Source: Woeseiaceae bacterium
GTDB taxonomy: Bacteria > Pseudomonadota > Gammaproteobacteria > Steroidobacterales > Woeseiaceae
Direction: 5' to 3'
Length of the DNA stretch: 64,000 nucleotides
Assembly (NCBI GenBank): GCA_041746375.1
Contig: JBGTHC010000045.1
Coordinates: 13,204-77,203, forward strand
The notes beneath the pieces are model-generated. The model was not told where the DNA came from and did not search any database. It saw only the letters and a program-made list of their open reading frames with translations. Each line of letters starts with the position of its first letter. Positions within the stretch are counted from its first letter, which is position 1. A program made the position numbers and the translations under genes. This document shows positions 60,091-64,000 of the stretch, piece after piece.

Positions 60091-62610
60091 ATGGCGTCGA
60101 TGATTCGTACAAAAGGAACTGTTATGACCGACCTCATCGAGAGTGGTCGCAAAGGTGTAATACGCGCAGGCCTGGCCGGTGCATTGTGCATTGCGTTGCT
60201 CGGCGGCTGCGGCGGCGGCGCACAGACGACGGACAACCCTGTAACAGGCGTGACGCCTCCGTCATCCTATTCAGGTCCACCGCCGGCTACCGACGACGTG
60301 CAATCGTTCAAATTGAACGTTTGGGACAACATCCAGGCCAGCAATCGTTGCGGCGGCTGCCACAACGACTCGACCAGCCAAACGCCGATGTTTGCCCGCC
60401 ACGATGACATCAATCTTGCATACGAGGCTGCCAACACGGTTGCCAACCTGTCGCAACCGTCGGACTCCAGGCTGGTTTCCAAGGTCGGCACCGGCCACAA
60501 CTGCTGGTTGAGCGACAGTCAGGCTTGCGCGGATATCATGACTACGTGGATCGAAGGCTGGGCCGGCGATGCGGCCGGCGGCGGACGCCAGATCGTGCTT
60601 GAACCACCGGTTGCGAGCGCTCCAGGATCCAGCAAGAGCTATGCAAATGCCACGGAAGCCAATTTCGCGGCACTGGTCCATGGCCCGCTACTGACGACCT
60701 ATTGCGCCGGATGCCATACCTCGCAGTCGCCGAATTCACAACAACCCTATTTTGCTGAAGATGATGTATCCGTCGCTTACGACGCGGCGAAGCCGAGGAT
60801 GGCCCTCGATTCACCGGTTGATTCGCGATTCGTCGTGCGCCTTGGCAGCGAATTCCATAACTGCTGGGACGACAGCTGCTCGGCTTCTGCTGCGGAAATG
60901 CAGGCAGCAATCCAGGCTTTCGCGGACACCGTTCCGTTGACGGAAATCAATCCTTTGCTGGTCAACAGCAACGCCCTGCGTATAGTCGATGGCGTCGTCG
61001 CGTCGGGCGGCAATCGCTATGAAGGCGCGCAGATCGCCTTGTGGGAGTTCAAAACCGGCCAGGGCGCGACCGCGTTCGATACCAGCGGTGTTGAACCGGC
61101 AATAAATCTGACGCTGTCAGGCAACTATGAATGGTTCGGCGGCTGGGGCGTTACCATCAACGACGGCAAAGCACAGGGCACGACGTCCGCCAGCAAGAAG
61201 CTGCATGACCTCATTCGCGGCACTGGTGAGTACACGATCGAAGCGTGGGTGGTGCCGGCGAATGTATCCCAGGAGATGGCACGCATAGTCAGTTATTCCG
61301 CTGGCGACGACGCACGCAACTTTACCTTGCAGCAGACTCTGTACGACTACAATTTCCTGCATCGCAGCACCGAGACGAGCCTCAACGGTGATCCCGCACT
61401 ATCGACGCCCTCTGCTGCAGAGGTCCTGCAGGCTGCACTGCAACATGTGGTTGCAACTTACAGTCCCGTCGATGGACGCAGGATCTATGTCAACGGCGAG
61501 CTTGTCACGCAGGCAGACCCGGTAGCCGGCGGCTCCCTGGTCGACTGGCAGGACACGTTTGCCTTCGTCCTCGGCAACGAAGTTTCGAGCTCGGGCCTGT
61601 GGCAAGGTACCTTCCGCCTGGTTGCGATGCATAACCGCGTCCTGACTCCCGAACAGATCCTGCAGAATTTCGATGTTGGTGTCGGTGAGAAGTTCTACCT
61701 GTTGTTCGGCATCGAAGACATTATCAACGTGCCGACCGCTTACATCCTTTTCGAGGTCGCGCAGTTCGACAGCTACGGCTATCTGTTTACGCAGCCGCAC
61801 TTCATAACCCTCGACTCGACACAACAGCCTGACGGTATACCGTTGCAGGGCTTGCGCATCGGCATCAACGGAGCGGAAGCGCCGGTGGGTCAGTCCTATG
61901 CCAATATGGACCAGACCCTCAGTTATTCCCAGTTTGGTGAACTCGGTCAGCCGCTCGCTGAAATCGGCGCTGTGGTACCGCTGGAGAAGGGTCCGCAGGA
62001 TGACGAGTTCTTCCTGACCTTTGACTTGCTGGGACAACAGACCTACGCACGCACCGACAATCCGCCGCTGGTCATCACCCCAACCGATCTGCCACCGGCG
62101 TCCCGTTTTGGAGTAAGGACCTTCGACGAGATCAATGCCACCATGGCGGCGGTGACCACGGTCGATCCGGCACAGACAGACGTCGACCTCACCTACCAGA
62201 GTCTGCGCCAGTCATTGCCGACTATTGAAAGCCCGGAGGCATTCCTCGCTTCTCACCAGGTCGCGATCGCACAGCTCGCCATCGAATACTGCAACGTGCT
62301 GATCGAGGATCCGGCGATGGCAGCCGCGTACTTTCCCGGCTTTGATTTCAACCAGGCAGCCGCTGCCGCATTTGCCGGGGCCAATCGCGATCTGATTCTC
62401 GAACCACTGATCGACAGGATGATGGGCTTTGGCATCCAGACACAACCGGACTACGCCGATGTGCGCAATGAACTCGGCTACGTCACGTCCGACGGCACGC
62501 GGCCCGACAACCTGATAGATCGCCTTTTGAGCAGCGGCGCGGCAACGCGATCGATCTCCAAAGGTGTATGCGCAGCCGTTCTCGGCAGCGCTGTGACACT
62601 CGTACAGTAG
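60091..62610 (+). CDS. lipoprotein with two tandem monohaem modules, a LamG (concanavalin-like) domain and a helical C-terminal region
   Basis: 839 aa; the alternative ATG 60124 has a better ribosome-binding site. Lipobox LLGGC, with haem sites CGGCH and CAGCH in two similar modules each ending ...HNCW. The LamG pattern is EYTIEAWVVPANVS...HVVATYSPVDGRRIYVNGELV...FVLGNE...GTFRLVAMHNRVLTPEQI. Confidence 0.75.
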   Translation: MASMIRTKGTVMTDLIESGRKGVIRAGLAGALCIALLGGCGGGAQTTDNPVTGVTPPSSYSGPPPATDDVQSFKLNVWDNIQASNRCGGCHNDSTSQTPMFARHDDINLAYEAANTVANLSQPSDSRLVSKVGTGHNCWLSDSQACADIMTTWIEGWAGDAAGGGRQIVLEPPVASAPGSSKSYANATEANFAALVHGPLLTTYCAGCHTSQSPNSQQPYFAEDDVSVAYDAAKPRMALDSPVDSRFVVRLGSEFHNCWDDSCSASAAEMQAAIQAFADTVPLTEINPLLVNSNALRIVDGVVASGGNRYEGAQIALWEFKTGQGATAFDTSGVEPAINLTLSGNYEWFGGWGVTINDGKAQGTTSASKKLHDLIRGTGEYTIEAWVVPANVSQEMARIVSYSAGDDARNFTLQQTLYDYNFLHRSTETSLNGDPALSTPSAAEVLQAALQHVVATYSPVDGRRIYVNGELVTQADPVAGGSLVDWQDTFAFVLGNEVSSSGLWQGTFRLVAMHNRVLTPEQILQNFDVGVGEKFYLLFGIEDIINVPTAYILFEVAQFDSYGYLFTQPHFITLDSTQQPDGIPLQGLRIGINGAEAPVGQSYANMDQTLSYSQFGELGQPLAEIGAVVPLEKGPQDDEFFLTFDLLGQQTYARTDNPPLVITPTDLPPASRFGVRTFDEINATMAAVTTVDPAQTDVDLTYQSLRQSLPTIESPEAFLASHQVAIAQLAIEYCNVLIEDPAMAAAYFPGFDFNQAAAAAFAGANRDLILEPLIDRMMGFGIQTQPDYADVRNELGYVTSDGTRPDNLIDRLLSSGAATRSISKGVCAAVLGSAVTLVQ

Positions 62611-62642
62611 TTCGATTACGCAAACGGAATGAGGCAAGAGTA

Positions 62643-64000
62643 ATGTCCAGGAAAAGCAAACGTGCCCGGTTCGACTCACCGCAACGCCACGGGGACCATC
62701 CGCGGCCGGTGACCCGGCGTCAATTCGTCGCACAGGGATTTCTGGGCGGCTCGGCTTTCCTGGCAGGCGGCGGCGTAATGAGCCTGTTCACGAACCCGCG
62801 CCAGGCATTCGCGGAGCTTTCGGGCGATCTGCAGCCCCTGCTCAGCAATCCGTGCAACGTCGCAACGGAAGGAGCCGGCAAGATCCCGTTTATCTGTTTT
62901 GACCTGTCGGGCGGAGCCAGCATTGCCGGTTCCAATGTCCTGGTCGGCAAGGAAGGCGGGCAACTCGATTTCCTGGGCACGGCCGGCTACCAGAAACTGG
63001 GCTTGCCCGGCGATATGGTGCCGAGCTTGAACGACCCGATCTCCGGCCTGCCCTTCACCAATAGCGATTTCGGGCTGGCGTTTCACTCCGACAGCGCCTT
63101 CCTGCGCGGCATACTGCGCAGCATGGCGCCGACTCGCGCGGCCAACCTGAACGGCGCCGTCATCCCGGCACGTTCGGAGAATGACACCGGCAACAATCCG
63201 CACAATCCGTTGTACGGCATTGCGACCGCGGGTGCGGACGGCTCGATCGTCACGTTGGCCGGCTCCGAGAATACGGATTCAGGCGGCAATTCAATGATTC
63301 CGTCGATGATGATGAACCCGGAGTTGCGGCCAACCAAGGTGGACCAGCCGCGGGATGTGACGGGCCTGGTGGATACCGGCGACCTGGTGGGGATTCTTCA
63401 GCCAGAAGAAGCCACCGCGGTCCTGGAATCCATATACCGCATCAGCGACCGCAAGATGAGTGTTGGCGAAACCGGCCAGACGATAACGTCCGACGACGTC
63501 GTCAAGGACATGGTGCGCTGCGGCTACCTGAAATCGGCCGACATTGCCGACCGCTTTGGCGGCGTCCCGCTCGATCCAAGCGAAGATCCGATGATTGTCG
63601 GACCGGGCGGCATATTTACCGAAGCCGAGTTCAATGCCAACGATACCGACGGTCGCGAATTCCGCAAAACGGCATCCGTCATGAAACTGGTGATGAACGG
63701 TTTCGCCGGTGCCGCCTGCATTGAAATGGGCGGCTACGACTACCACGGCGGTCAGCGACGTGAAGGCGAAGTGAAGGACGAACGTGCCGGGCGCTGCATG
63801 GGCGCCTGCCTGGAGTATGCCGCACGCATCGGTGTACCCCTGATGATGTACGTCTTCAGCGACGGATCGCTGTCCAGCAATGGTGTCATCGACAACTCGC
63901 CGGAAGGTCGCGGCAAGGGTGAATGGGTCAGTGACGATTCGTCGACGGCCGCGTCGTTTTTCCTGGTCTACAACCCCAACGGTCGGCCGGCGCTGCGCGG
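62643..64000 (+). CDS. Tat-exported DUF1501-like protein (alkaline-phosphatase/sulfatase superfamily-like), 3' end beyond the window
   Basis: Absent from the ORF track because it is open at the right edge. Manual translation from ATG 62643 gives MSRKSKRARFDSPQRHGDHPRPVTRRQFVAQGFLGGSAFLAGGG (twin-arginine motif) ...FICFDLSGGAS...IEMGGYDYHGG..., compared with the GGWDTH signature of DUF1501. The frame stays open for 452 codons. Confidence 0.65.
   Translation, partial: MSRKSKRARFDSPQRHGDHPRPVTRRQFVAQGFLGGSAFLAGGGVMSLFTNPRQAFAELSGDLQPLLSNPCNVATEGAGKIPFICFDLSGGASIAGSNVLVGKEGGQLDFLGTAGYQKLGLPGDMVPSLNDPISGLPFTNSDFGLAFHSDSAFLRGILRSMAPTRAANLNGAVIPARSENDTGNNPHNPLYGIATAGADGSIVTLAGSENTDSGGNSMIPSMMMNPELRPTKVDQPRDVTGLVDTGDLVGILQPEEATAVLESIYRISDRKMSVGETGQTITSDDVVKDMVRCGYLKSADIADRFGGVPLDPSEDPMIVGPGGIFTEAEFNANDTDGREFRKTASVMKLVMNGFAGAACIEMGGYDYHGGQRREGEVKDERAGRCMGACLEYAARIGVPLMMYVFSDGSLSSNGVIDNSPEGRGKGEWVSDDSSTAASFFLVYNPNGRPALR

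Overview
GC-rich proteobacterial chromosomal segment with gammaproteobacterium-like gene order, densely coding on both strands. I saw no rRNA, CRISPR array, IS element, integrase or recognisable defence genes. All family names below are motif recognition by eye, since no searches could be run. Positions 1-44 kb are core housekeeping: tkt (cut by the left edge), metK-ahcY, cpdA-like, rubredoxin (54 aa, absent from the ORF track), hemL, mpl, rnd, adk. They continue with a PPi-metabolism pair (PPi-type phosphofructokinase pfp and K+-independent H+-pyrophosphatase hppA), a PAS-GGDEF-EAL protein, a pcm-like/rhodanese/tolC group, the LPS genes waaA-hldE and a split class II ribonucleotide reductase (nrdJa/nrdJb) with NrdR-box-like operators. 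Next come hsp20 behind a textbook sigma-32 promoter, degP, slt, cca, uppP, folM-like/folK/folB, tsaD, and rpsU-yqeY-dnaG-rpoD followed by tRNA-Ile2(CAU). Positions 44-52 kb hold a 29-bp duplication of the tRNA 3' end that now supplies the stop codon of a 1301-aa PAS/GAF/degenerate-GGDEF/EAL sensor, then rhomboid, DUF2207-LemA, MOSC and dodecin genes. Positions 52.3-64 kb are the most interesting part: two divergent gene sets around a 1-kb non-coding region with sigma-54-type promoters. The minus-strand set encodes a hydrazine-synthase-alpha-like beta-propeller/dihaem lipoprotein, three outer-membrane beta-barrel proteins (one with an SH3 domain, one DUF3570-like) and a DUF4266 mini-lipoprotein. 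The plus-strand set encodes a monohaem PSCyt/PSD-like protein, a LamG lipoprotein with two tandem monohaem modules, and a Tat-exported DUF1501-like protein cut by the right edge. I recognise no characterised homologue for this combination, so it is the best candidate for an undescribed envelope redox system.
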